64,000 bases of DNA from an uncultured delta proteobacterium. GTDB taxonomy: Bacteria > Desulfobacterota > Syntrophia > Syntrophales > Smithellaceae. Position numbers and translations under genes: made by a program. Positions 10,580-19,007 of the stretch are shown one piece after another (position 1 is the first letter of the stretch; each line of letters begins with the position of its first letter). A model generated the notes under the pieces. That model searched no databases. It had not been told where the DNA came from and saw only the letters and a list, made by a program, of their open reading frames with translations. The stretch is from the NCBI GenBank assembly GCA_963753975.1, contig CAVWEH010000005.1:64001-128000 (forward strand), given 5' to 3'.

Positions 10580-11163
10580 GAGAGAGGCTCCTTTCCTCCC
10601 GTATATTTTAAAAAGTTTCTGATGATGCGTTTGCCCTGCGGCGTCAAGACGGATTCCGGATGGAACTGGATGCCCTCCACCGGATATTCTCTGTGTCTGA
10701 GTCCCATAATTTCGCCTTCGGCGGTTTCGGCGCTGATTTCGAGGCAATCGGGCAGGGACTCCCGTTTGACCAAGAGCGAATGATAACGTCCCGCAGAGAA
10801 AGGATTGGGCAAGCCAACAAAAATTGTTTTGCCGTCGTTGATTATCGGCGATGTTTTTCCGTGCATGATGCGCGAAGCGCGGATTATTTCACCGCCGAAG
10901 GCATAGCCGATGGATTGATGCCCCAGACATATTCCCATAATCGGCACGTTTTTGTAAAATTCGCGGATAATATCCACGGTAAGTCCCGCCTCGCAAGGCG
11001 TGCAGGGACCCGGTGATATAAATATGCTTTGCGGCTTCAGTCTCTTTACTTCTTCGATTTCTATCCGGTCATTGCGGCGCACCTGGACATCTTCGCCCAT
11101 TTGTCCCAGATACTGCACAATATTAAATGTAAAAGAATCGTAATTATCAATCATTAAGATCAT
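10576..11163 (-). CDS. trpG: Anthranilate synthase component II (glutamine amidotransferase)
   Basis: [15 protein letters not shown] and QFHPES motifs. Confidence 0.95.
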   Translation of the reverse strand: MILMIDNYDSFTFNIVQYLGQMGEDVQVRRNDRIEIEEVKRLKPQSIFISPGPCTPCEAGLTVDIIREFYKNVPIMGICLGHQSIGYAFGGEIIRASRIMHGKTSPIINDGKTIFVGLPNPFSAGRYHSLLVKRESLPDCLEISAETAEGEIMGLRHREYPVEGIQFHPESVLTPQGKRIIRNFLKYTGGKEPLS

Positions 11164-11166
11164 GCT

Positions 11167-12672
11167 TTATTCCTCCCGCTTGCCGTTCTCTAGAACAAAG
11201 CCGCCCGCCGCGAGCCTCACGGCCTGCTGCATCCCGCTGGCTTTATTGAGCGATTCCTGATGTTCTGACTCAGGATTGGAATCGTAAACAATGCCCGCTC
11301 CTGCCTGTACGTAAATTTTGCCGCCTTTTAAAACCATCGTCCGGATCGTAATACAGAAATCCATATTCCCGCTGAAGCTGAAATAGCCGACGGCTCCGCC
11401 ATAGGGTCCTCTTTTTACCTTCTCCAGTTCGCTGATAATTTCCATCGCGCGGATCTTGGGAGCCCCGGTCAATGTTCCGGCCGGAAAGGTTGCGGCCAGA
11501 ACGTCGAACGCATCTTTGCCTTTGGCCAATTGCGCGCGTACATTCGATACTAGGTGCATCACGTGCGAGTATTTTTCCACGACCATGTATTGATTAACCT
11601 GCACACTGCCAGTCTCGGCAACGCGCCCCAAGTCATTCCTCCCCAGATCGACCAGCATTACGTGCTCCGCCCGTTCCTTTTCGTCAGAGAGCAGCTCATC
11701 GGACAGGGCACGATCCTCCTGCTCTGTTTTTCCTCTTCTTCTTGTTCCGGCAATGGGCCGCAACTCCATCGTATCTTCCTCCTTGCGTACCATTACTTCC
11801 GGTGACGAGCCGATGAGCGTCAGATCGGCGAGCTTTAGAAAGAACAGGTAAGGCGAGGGATTGACAAAACGCAGCGCCCGGTAGAGATCAATGAGATTGC
11901 TGCGGCAATCGGTCTCGAAACGCTGCGAGAGCACAACCTGGATTACATCTCCGGCAACGATGTATTCTTTGGCCTTCTCAATTACAGCTTTGTATTCATC
12001 AGGGGCCATATTAGAAACAAAATTCACTTCACTACGCGCGGCGGATATTATTGACTTGTGCGCTGATGCCGCCCCGATTGTCTCAATCATCCCTTCGATT
12101 TTCCGGCACGAAGCGGCATAACTTTCCTCCAGCGAAACCGTTCCTTCCATGAAGGCGCAGGCGACGACTTTGATTGTATGGCGCACATTATCAAAAATCA
12201 TGATCGAATCGCTGACCATAAAAATAGCTTCATCCAGATTCAGATCATCCGGGGGGCTGGGCGGGAGTTTTTCGAAGTACCGCACCATCTCATAGCCCAG
12301 GTAGCCCACAGCGCCGCCGTAAAACCGAGGCAAGCCTGGGATGGCAACGGGCTTATATCGATCAAGCAAAGCACGCAGCAAACTAAGCGGATTACCTTTA
12401 TGATTGCGGGCCGTGATTCTACCCTTCTCCTCGATCATGACGTTATCGCCATGAACTCTAAAGACAACTCCGGCATCCGTCCCCAAAAAAGAATACCGGC
12501 CCCATTTCTCGCCTCCTTCAACACTTTCCAGAAGATAAACATGGTCTTTATTTTGAAGTTTCATTAAAACGGAAACCGGTGTTTCCACATCGGCTAATAT
12601 TTCCCGATAAACCGGAATCAGGTTTCCGCTTTGCGCCAACTTTTCAAACTCGGCGAAACTGGGCTTATACAT
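11167..12672 (-). CDS. trpE: Anthranilate synthase component I
   Basis: LLESVEGG, NPSPY, PIAGT, EHVMLVDLGRND and GAPKIRAM motifs; ATG at 12672 follows AAGGAG. The longer ORF call runs into the repeat array. Confidence 0.96.
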   Translation of the reverse strand: MYKPSFAEFEKLAQSGNLIPVYREILADVETPVSVLMKLQNKDHVYLLESVEGGEKWGRYSFLGTDAGVVFRVHGDNVMIEEKGRITARNHKGNPLSLLRALLDRYKPVAIPGLPRFYGGAVGYLGYEMVRYFEKLPPSPPDDLNLDEAIFMVSDSIMIFDNVRHTIKVVACAFMEGTVSLEESYAASCRKIEGMIETIGAASAHKSIISAARSEVNFVSNMAPDEYKAVIEKAKEYIVAGDVIQVVLSQRFETDCRSNLIDLYRALRFVNPSPYLFFLKLADLTLIGSSPEVMVRKEEDTMELRPIAGTRRRGKTEQEDRALSDELLSDEKERAEHVMLVDLGRNDLGRVAETGSVQVNQYMVVEKYSHVMHLVSNVRAQLAKGKDAFDVLAATFPAGTLTGAPKIRAMEIISELEKVKRGPYGGAVGYFSFSGNMDFCITIRTMVLKGGKIYVQAGAGIVYDSNPESEHQESLNKASGMQQAVRLAAGGFVLENGKREE

Positions 12673-12690
12673 AATCTTCTCCTTGACCCC

Positions 12691-12928
12691 ATCCCCTGCC
12701 TGCGGCGGGGATAATTCGGCTAACAAGTTTCAGTGCACTCTGTTTCTGAAACTTGGGCCTCATTAACCACGGACGTGTCGTCCTCCGCTTTGCGGGGTCG
12801 TTCAACTATCCAATTCCGCTGTGCTTCGCTTTCGGAATTGGAGTTTCACATCCCTCATCGCTTTGCTCCTAGGATAATTCCACTTGCGCTTCAAACTTCG
12901 CTGGGCTCGTTTTCAGCGAGTGTCATTA
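12691..12928 (+). repeat. Tandem array of three hairpin units (B 12691-12765, C 12781-12849, A 12850-12928) in the trpE 5' leader
   Basis: Each unit is a short C-rich/G-rich hairpin followed by a long imperfect hairpin closed by TC..TC. Confidence 0.9.
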
Positions 12929-12959
12929 AAAAAGGCCGTGATTTTTTATCACGGCCTTT
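12928..12959 (-). terminator. Second (distal) terminator of the trp leader
   Basis: Minus strand AAAGGCCGTGA-taaaaaa-TCACGGCC followed by TTTTTT. Confidence 0.8.
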
Positions 12960-12969
12960 AGATATTGCT

Positions 12970-13013
12970 AAAAATAAAAAAGCCGTGAAGACCCAAGAGG
13001 TTCTCCACGGCTT
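12970..13013 (-). terminator. trp attenuator terminator (proximal)
   Basis: Minus strand AAGCCGTGGAGA..TCTTCACGGCTT followed by TTTTATTTTT, just downstream of the leader ORF. Confidence 0.85.
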
Positions 13014-13032
13014 CGATTTCAATTAAAAAAGA

Positions 13033-13110
13033 TCAGCGGCGGATAAGCCTCCCTGTGAGGTTCCACCACCACCAGTTATTAAGAGATAATACTCTCGCTG
13101 CTTCTTGCAT
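13033..13110 (-). CDS. trpL: trp operon leader peptide MQEAARVLSLNNWWWWNLTGRLIRR
   Basis: Hand translation; four consecutive TGG codons upstream of the terminators and trpE. Confidence 0.92.
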   Translation of the reverse strand: MQEAARVLSLNNWWWWNLTGRLIRR

Positions 13111-13145
13111 AACGCGTCTTCTTTCACTTTCCTGCATTTAGAAAC

Positions 13146-13174
13146 CGTATAGCAACAAGAAAATTATATGTCAA
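13146..13174 (-). promoter_or_regulatory. sigma70-type promoter of the trp leader
   Basis: TTGACA-N17-TATACG on the minus strand, about 35 nt before the leader ATG. Confidence 0.65.
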
Positions 13175-13310
13175 CACTTTTTTCATCAAAAAATATAAAA
13201 CGGCAACTAAGTAAGAATATTTAAAATTATTTTCTAATCCCGCTTGACACCAGCTTAATTCTTTCGCTATAAGCTTGGAACAAGTATTGGCATATTATAA
13301 TGTGGGATTT

Positions 13311-14756
13311 ATGGAATTACTTAATGCGGCTCTCGCCTTCATCAAAAGCATCAGATTGCAGGATATCCTTGATATCGCCATAATTGCCCTGATGATCTTT
13401 GCTCTCTTGACCTGGTTTAAAACAAGAGCGTCCCGCTTCGTGCTCATCGGCATATTGCTTCTGGGCGTTGTATATATTGCCGCCCGCTTCTTTCAGCTCT
13501 ATCTCACCACTATAGTTTTACAATCTTTCTTTGCCATTGTGCTTTTTGTTTTAGTAGTCATTTTTCAAGAAGACTTACGCGGATTTTTCGAAAGACTGGC
13601 CCTGCTGGGGAATATAGGGAAAAAATATCTGCCGCTTTCCGAACTGGAAAGAACAGCGGAAATAATTGCGCAAACGGCTGCAGATTTGGCTAAAAAACAT
13701 GTCGGCGCTTTAATTGTCCTGCAGGGCAATGATCCTCTGGAAAGACATGTCACCGGCGGCACTCGTTTAGACGGCCTGGTTAGTGAACCTCTGCTGGAAA
13801 GCATCTTTGACCCCCATTCCATCGGCCATGACGGAGCGGCCATAATTGCCGGTAATCGCATTAAAATGTTCGGTTGTCATCTGCCTCTTTGCATTCATAC
13901 ATCGAAATACGGGAATATCGGGTTGCGCCATACGGCGGCACTTGGCCTTGCGGAGCGATCGGATGCACTTTGCATTGTAGTTTCTGAGGAAACAGGAACA
14001 ATATCGATGGCTTATCAAGAGACCCTTGTTAAGATTAATAATGCTGCCGCCCTGCACAGGGTATTGGAGCAATTTTATATGCGCAATACACCGAAGAAAA
14101 CATCAAATCCTTCAGTTGCTTGGCTTAAAGAAAATACAAAGGAAAAAATTATCGCTCTGGGTATGGCTTGTATTTTATGGATTGCGTTCGGTTATCAGAG
14201 GGAAATTGTTCGCCGTGATTTCATCATTCCCATCGAATATAAAAACGTTCCGCAAAATTGGCACATTGATGAACCACGATTAACTGAAGCCAAAGTAATT
14301 CTTCAGGGACCGCAGCAAGCTTTTTATCTCCTAGATGAACGTTCACTTAAATTGTCTCTGGACTTATCCCCTGTAGCTGAAAAAAAACATGAATTTGTCC
14401 TGGCCAAGGACATGGTCAATGCGCCGTCCAATTTATCAGTTACGGAAATAAGACCGTCGACAATTTATATTTATGCCACTAAACTTATTTCCCGGACTTT
14501 ATCTGTAAAAATCATTACGCAAAATTCTTTGCCGAAAAGCCTTTCCCTGCAAAGGATTAGCGTAACCCCGGCCAGAGTTCGGGTTTTGATAGATCCTCGA
14601 GTTAATCCGGAAAAAATAGAAATTGAGACGGAACCGATTGATCTGCAAAAAATATTCTTTACAACGGCGCTCGACACAAAAATTGTTCTTCCCGCCGGCG
14701 TTTATTTCCCGGAGGGAAAATCGCAAAACACACGCGTAATTATACGGGTGAAGTAA
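13311..14756 (+). CDS. dacA: Diadenylate cyclase (CdaA/DacA) fused to C-terminal YbbR/CdaR-like domains
   Basis: Three N-terminal TM helices, VIFQEDLR, HDGA, GLRHTAALG and VVSEETG motifs, then another TM helix and beta-rich YbbR-like segments. Confidence 0.85.
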   Translation: MELLNAALAFIKSIRLQDILDIAIIALMIFALLTWFKTRASRFVLIGILLLGVVYIAARFFQLYLTTIVLQSFFAIVLFVLVVIFQEDLRGFFERLALLGNIGKKYLPLSELERTAEIIAQTAADLAKKHVGALIVLQGNDPLERHVTGGTRLDGLVSEPLLESIFDPHSIGHDGAAIIAGNRIKMFGCHLPLCIHTSKYGNIGLRHTAALGLAERSDALCIVVSEETGTISMAYQETLVKINNAAALHRVLEQFYMRNTPKKTSNPSVAWLKENTKEKIIALGMACILWIAFGYQREIVRRDFIIPIEYKNVPQNWHIDEPRLTEAKVILQGPQQAFYLLDERSLKLSLDLSPVAEKKHEFVLAKDMVNAPSNLSVTEIRPSTIYIYATKLISRTLSVKIITQNSLPKSLSLQRISVTPARVRVLIDPRVNPEKIEIETEPIDLQKIFFTTALDTKIVLPAGVYFPEGKSQNTRVIIRVK

Positions 14757-14851
14757 AGCCACGGCGTAATGGATATGACTGCTGCAAATTTATTGCATTA
14801 GATAGCAAAATATGATGAAATCAGGATTACAAAATTCAGGAGGCATTCGAT

Positions 14852-15331
14852 ATGAGTGTTTTTGAAGCAAGCGATATAGTTGAAATTGCCATCAGGATTG
14901 AAGAAAACGGCATTAACTTTTATAAATTTGCCGAACAAATCACCAAACAGGGAGAAGCAAAAAACCTTTTTGCCCATCTGGCAGAAGAGGAAATAAAACA
15001 TAAACGAATTTTCGAAGGCATTTTTGCGCAGATGGAAAAATACAATCCACCGGAGAGCTATGCGGGAGAATATAGCGCTTATTTGCGCGCTTATGTGGAT
15101 AATAATGTAATCTTCACTAAAAAATCCATGGACAAAGAACTGTCCAAGGTGACCGATACCTTGGCCGCTTTCGATTTTGCCATCAAACGCGAGTTGGATT
15201 CAATCCTCTATTATCATGAAATCAAGAAATTGGTGCCGGCAACTCAGCATGCAACACTTGATCAGATCATTAATGAGGAAAGGAAACATTTTACGTTACT
15301 TACAGAAATGAAAAAACGCTTCATGAAATAA
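14852..15331 (+). CDS. Ferritin-like / rubrerythrin-domain protein
   Basis: AIRIEENG..FY, EEIKH, E..SILYY and EERKH diiron pattern. Confidence 0.85.
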   Translation: MSVFEASDIVEIAIRIEENGINFYKFAEQITKQGEAKNLFAHLAEEEIKHKRIFEGIFAQMEKYNPPESYAGEYSAYLRAYVDNNVIFTKKSMDKELSKVTDTLAAFDFAIKRELDSILYYHEIKKLVPATQHATLDQIINEERKHFTLLTEMKKRFMK

Positions 15332-15405
15332 TGATCACCTATACTCGTTACTATATTGAATTTCTTTTTTTGGTTTTTTTCTGTCCAAGTTAGAAAGCGC
15401 ATCAA

Positions 15406-16767
15406 TTAGTTCTTTAAGCCGTATTTTTTCAATTTATAACGCAACATGCGTTCCGACATACCTAAAATCTCGGCGGCTTTTGTCTGGTTATCTTGAGCCT
15501 TTCCCATTGACTCGGCAATCAGCCGTTTTTCCAGTTCCTCCACGGATTCCCGCAAAAGGCTGGGTGCTTTCTTGCCCGAATCGCGGGGAGATAATGCCGA
15601 TTTAAAGGGTAAGTCTTCCGTTGTAATGTATTCATCACGCGCAATGACTACTGCCCTCTCCAGAATATTGACCAGCTCGCGCACGTTTCCCGGATAATCA
15701 TATTTCAAAAGTGAGTCCCGCGCTTCGGCGGTTAAACCTCGAATATTTTTCCTATTTTCTCTGGCAAATTTATCAATGAAATGATCGATTAAAATAGGCA
15801 GATCATCCTTTCTCTCCCGCAGAGGGGGAAGCGACATGGTCACAACTTTCAACCTATAGAAAAGATCCTCACGAAAAGTTCCTTCCTTGACTTGAATTTC
15901 CAAATCGCGGTTTGTTGCGCTGATTACCCGAACATCAACGTGAATGTCAATATTACTGCCTAAACGCTGAAATTCGCGTTCCTGTAAAAACCGCAGAAGT
16001 TTAACCTGCACCGTCGGGGGTAACTCTCCTATTTCGTCGAGGAAAAGTGTTCCGCCGTCGGCTTCTTCAAACCGGCCGATCCGGCGGGAAGTAGCACCGG
16101 TAAAAGCACCTTTTTCATGACCGAACAATTCGCTTTCCAATAAATTTTCATGCAGGGCTACACAATTAACAACGATGATCGGTTTATTCGCCCGGGAACT
16201 TAATTGGTGAATCAGCCGAGCCAAGAGCTCTTTCCCCGTTCCGCTTTCCCCTTGAAGCAGAACAGACGCCTTGCTCGCGGCAATACGCCCCGCCATATTA
16301 ATCACTTCCGCCATCCGCGGACTTTTGTAAACTATTTTATCGGCAGTGACACCCTTTTTGCCTAATTCCTCCCTTAAAAGCTCATTTTCCTTGATGAGTT
16401 GTCTTCTTTCTGCCGCCCGATTGACCAGTATTAATAATTCGTCGAGTTCCACCGGCTTAGTGATGTAGTCTATTGCTCCTACTTTTATGGCTTCGACTGC
16501 CGTTTCTATTGTGCCGTAAGCGGTAATGATAACCACATCTATTTCGGGATTAATGCGCTTTATTTCTTTCAGTACCTCCAGTCCATCCATACCGGGCATT
16601 TTGTAATCCAGGAGGATTAAGTCAAAATGATCGTTCATGACCATTTTGAGAGCTTTCTTGCCGTTTTCCGCTTCCGCTACAACGTGACCTTCGGAAAGCA
16701 AAAAATCACGCAGCATTTCCCTCTGGGATTGACCATCTTCGACAATAAGAATGCTTACTTTTTGCAT
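15406..16767 (-). CDS. NtrC-family sigma54-dependent response regulator (REC-AAA+-HTH)
   Basis: [21 protein letters not shown] and PGNVREL motifs; C-terminal Fis-type HTH. Confidence 0.95.
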   Translation of the reverse strand: MQKVSILIVEDGQSQREMLRDFLLSEGHVVAEAENGKKALKMVMNDHFDLILLDYKMPGMDGLEVLKEIKRINPEIDVVIITAYGTIETAVEAIKVGAIDYITKPVELDELLILVNRAAERRQLIKENELLREELGKKGVTADKIVYKSPRMAEVINMAGRIAASKASVLLQGESGTGKELLARLIHQLSSRANKPIIVVNCVALHENLLESELFGHEKGAFTGATSRRIGRFEEADGGTLFLDEIGELPPTVQVKLLRFLQEREFQRLGSNIDIHVDVRVISATNRDLEIQVKEGTFREDLFYRLKVVTMSLPPLRERKDDLPILIDHFIDKFARENRKNIRGLTAEARDSLLKYDYPGNVRELVNILERAVVIARDEYITTEDLPFKSALSPRDSGKKAPSLLRESVEELEKRLIAESMGKAQDNQTKAAEILGMSERMLRYKLKKYGLKN

Positions 16768-16786
16768 GGGTAACTGTCTTCCATAT

Positions 16787-18571
16787 TTACAGCTTTTCGC
16801 TCAATCTTTCACAAGGTAAAACAACTTCAAATGTTGTTCCTTCATCCTTCCGGCTGATCACCCTTACATCTCCCCCGTGGCCGCGGATGATCTCACTGGC
16901 CAAAGGTATACCTAACCCCAAACCTTTTTCTTTTGTCGTGTATTCCGGGTTAAAAATCCTTTCGATTTCCTCAGCTGTCATGCCGCAACCCGTATCCGCA
17001 ATACTTACGACTATATAATTTTTCCCTTCTTTATCCACTGTTATGGAAATTTTACCTTCCGCAGGCATTGATTCCATGGCATTTTTGACCAGGTTGAGAA
17101 ATGCTTGTTGCAATTTATTTATATCTATCGGAATTATTGCCGGAGTCAGTCGCCATTTTGTTTCAATAGTAATACCGCGAGCCGAAGCCTCCTCTCGAAT
17201 GAGACTGACAATCTTTTGTAAAATTTCCGTTATTGAAAAATCACGTAGTTCCAATCTGCGGCTCTTGGAAAAAGAAAGAAACTCTTCAATGATTCCGTTA
17301 AGACGCTTAATTTCGTCTCTGATAACACCGGAAAGATTTTGAAAATCTTCGGCTTTACTTGAATCCACTGGAATGAAATCCCTCTTTAACCTCTGCGTGG
17401 CCATACTTATAGCATTTAAGGGGTTGCGAATTTCATGCGCCACACCAGCAGCCAACTGCCCCAGGGAGGAAAGCCTTTCTGCTTTCTCCAGCCGTCTTTC
17501 TATCTCAATAATCCCGGCCAGGTGGCGATTCTGATCATTATAAAGCAGCCACATAGATAATAAGGCAATGATGACAATAAAAAACATGAAGATAAAAATA
17601 TTTTGACGGTTTTCGGCAATGATTTTATCCATAGATCCCCGGTCGAGACCAATTCTCACTATACCGACAACTTTTTTATCTAAAGATAATGGCGCGGCCA
17701 GATCCAAAATTTTATCTTCGCCGGAATTTATTTTCGTGCTGACAATTTTTATATTGCCTGTTAATATTTCCTTAAAATTGAAATCATCATTTTTTAAATC
17801 TTGCATCGGCCGGCCGACACTGCTGAGCAGTTTTTTCTGATCATTGATAATTTGCATGTAAACTATTCCATGACCTTCGCCGATTTTCTTTATTCCCTTT
17901 TCCACGGCAACTTTCAGGCTCCAATAGATTAATCCTTTTTTATCCAGGTTTATAACCACTGTACCGCTGTTATCCTTACGCCTCAGGGCAACAAAGCCAA
18001 TTCCTTGTTTTGCGCGAATTTTTTCCATTACTTCAATAGTCGTTAAATTCCGGTTGCCTTTTTTTAGTTCTCTTGGATCAAGCATATCGGTCTGTAAAGG
18101 ACCGCTTTCATATATTGCGTTTCCCTGTGGATTCAAGACGGCCAAATACCAAAAATTATTATCCGCAGCAAATTTCTTTAGATAATCATCGTTTACTTTA
18201 CCCTTTTTCCATTGTTGGTCTAATTTTCTCCCCATTTCTGTAATTGCTTCAATAACCCATTTTTTGGAATAGACAGCTTCTTCCTGACGAGAATCATTCA
18301 AATTCGAACCTGCTTTTTCGGGTGTCGCTATTATACTTTTAAAATTTTCTTCCGTTAACCGCTGCAGAACGCTGATTGTACTTAGAGCCTGATCTTCCAT
18401 AAAACCCACGAGGTTTGTTTCACTTCTTCTAAGATCCAGTAACCCCATAATCAAGATTAAGGCTACCAAAACAGCGCTGACGATGCCCACAGCTAAAGGT
18501 TGGAGAAACGTACCATTGTATCTGCGAGCTTTTCGCTCAACAATTAATTCTTTTTTTGTGAAAAAACGCAT
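16787..18571 (-). CDS. Membrane sensor histidine kinase (ZraS/AtoS-like)
   Basis: Two TM segments with a periplasmic domain; H-box AHEIRNPL and N/G1/F/G2 boxes. Confidence 0.93.
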   Translation of the reverse strand: MRFFTKKELIVERKARRYNGTFLQPLAVGIVSAVLVALILIMGLLDLRRSETNLVGFMEDQALSTISVLQRLTEENFKSIIATPEKAGSNLNDSRQEEAVYSKKWVIEAITEMGRKLDQQWKKGKVNDDYLKKFAADNNFWYLAVLNPQGNAIYESGPLQTDMLDPRELKKGNRNLTTIEVMEKIRAKQGIGFVALRRKDNSGTVVINLDKKGLIYWSLKVAVEKGIKKIGEGHGIVYMQIINDQKKLLSSVGRPMQDLKNDDFNFKEILTGNIKIVSTKINSGEDKILDLAAPLSLDKKVVGIVRIGLDRGSMDKIIAENRQNIFIFMFFIVIIALLSMWLLYNDQNRHLAGIIEIERRLEKAERLSSLGQLAAGVAHEIRNPLNAISMATQRLKRDFIPVDSSKAEDFQNLSGVIRDEIKRLNGIIEEFLSFSKSRRLELRDFSITEILQKIVSLIREEASARGITIETKWRLTPAIIPIDINKLQQAFLNLVKNAMESMPAEGKISITVDKEGKNYIVVSIADTGCGMTAEEIERIFNPEYTTKEKGLGLGIPLASEIIRGHGGDVRVISRKDEGTTFEVVLPCERLSEKL

Positions 18572-18648
18572 TTTTATCCTTACTATCTCATTTTGCCGGT
18601 CATCTTAAGCCATTCAAGAGAAAAGTCAACGGCTAATCCCAGAAACAA

Positions 18649-18756
18649 TCGACATTTTTGTCGAAGGCAGGGTAAATATCACATATAATGCTTACAAGTT
18701 TGTATTTATTATGTATTTTAAATTTAGCGAGTACATCTTTCGACATTTATTGCCGA
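18649..18756. promoter_or_regulatory. Two candidate upstream activator (bEBP) sites: TCGACA-N4-TGTCGA (18649-18664) and TCGACA-N5-TGCCGA (18740-18756)
   Basis: One perfect and one near-perfect related palindrome about 90-200 bp upstream of a sigma54 promoter. Confidence 0.6.
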
Positions 18757-18844
18757 TAATATAAACGGTTTACTTATTCCAAAAAGGCTAGATTATAAGT
18801 TATTTATCAATTATTACAAGAGGTTAAAATAACTAGCCCAATTC

Positions 18845-18860
18845 CGGCACGATAAATGCT
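18845..18860 (+). promoter_or_regulatory. sigma54 (-24/-12) promoter
   Basis: CGGCACGATAAATGCT: GG-N10-GC with a GGCACG core. Confidence 0.75.
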
Positions 18861-18870
18861 TTAGTCAGGT

Positions 18871-18996
18871 TAAGGTATTAGTAGTGTCGACTAAAAATAA
18901 CGGGCATAACTAGCCGACAGCAGAATAACCTGGAAGGCATCAAGCCTTCCCTCTTCACTCCTAGGGAGGCTCCAACCAAGCCTCCCTTTCCTTTTC
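18871..18996 (+). ncRNA. Putative sigma54-dependent small RNA (about 125 nt)
   Basis: Lies between the sigma54 promoter and a plus-strand terminator (AGGGAGGCT..AGCCTCCCT-TTCCTTTTC); three stem-loops; no substantial ORF. Confidence 0.65.
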
Positions 18997-19007
18997 TGCA
19001 AGAATAA

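Noticed and set aside
12673..12726. N-terminal extension of TrpE in the ORF track
   Set aside because: Derived from the repeat unit; the RBS supports the ATG at 12672.
18801..18820. IHF site between the activator palindromes and the sigma54 promoter
   Set aside because: TATCAATTATTAC only partly fits WATCAANNNNTTR; plausible but not supportable as a feature.
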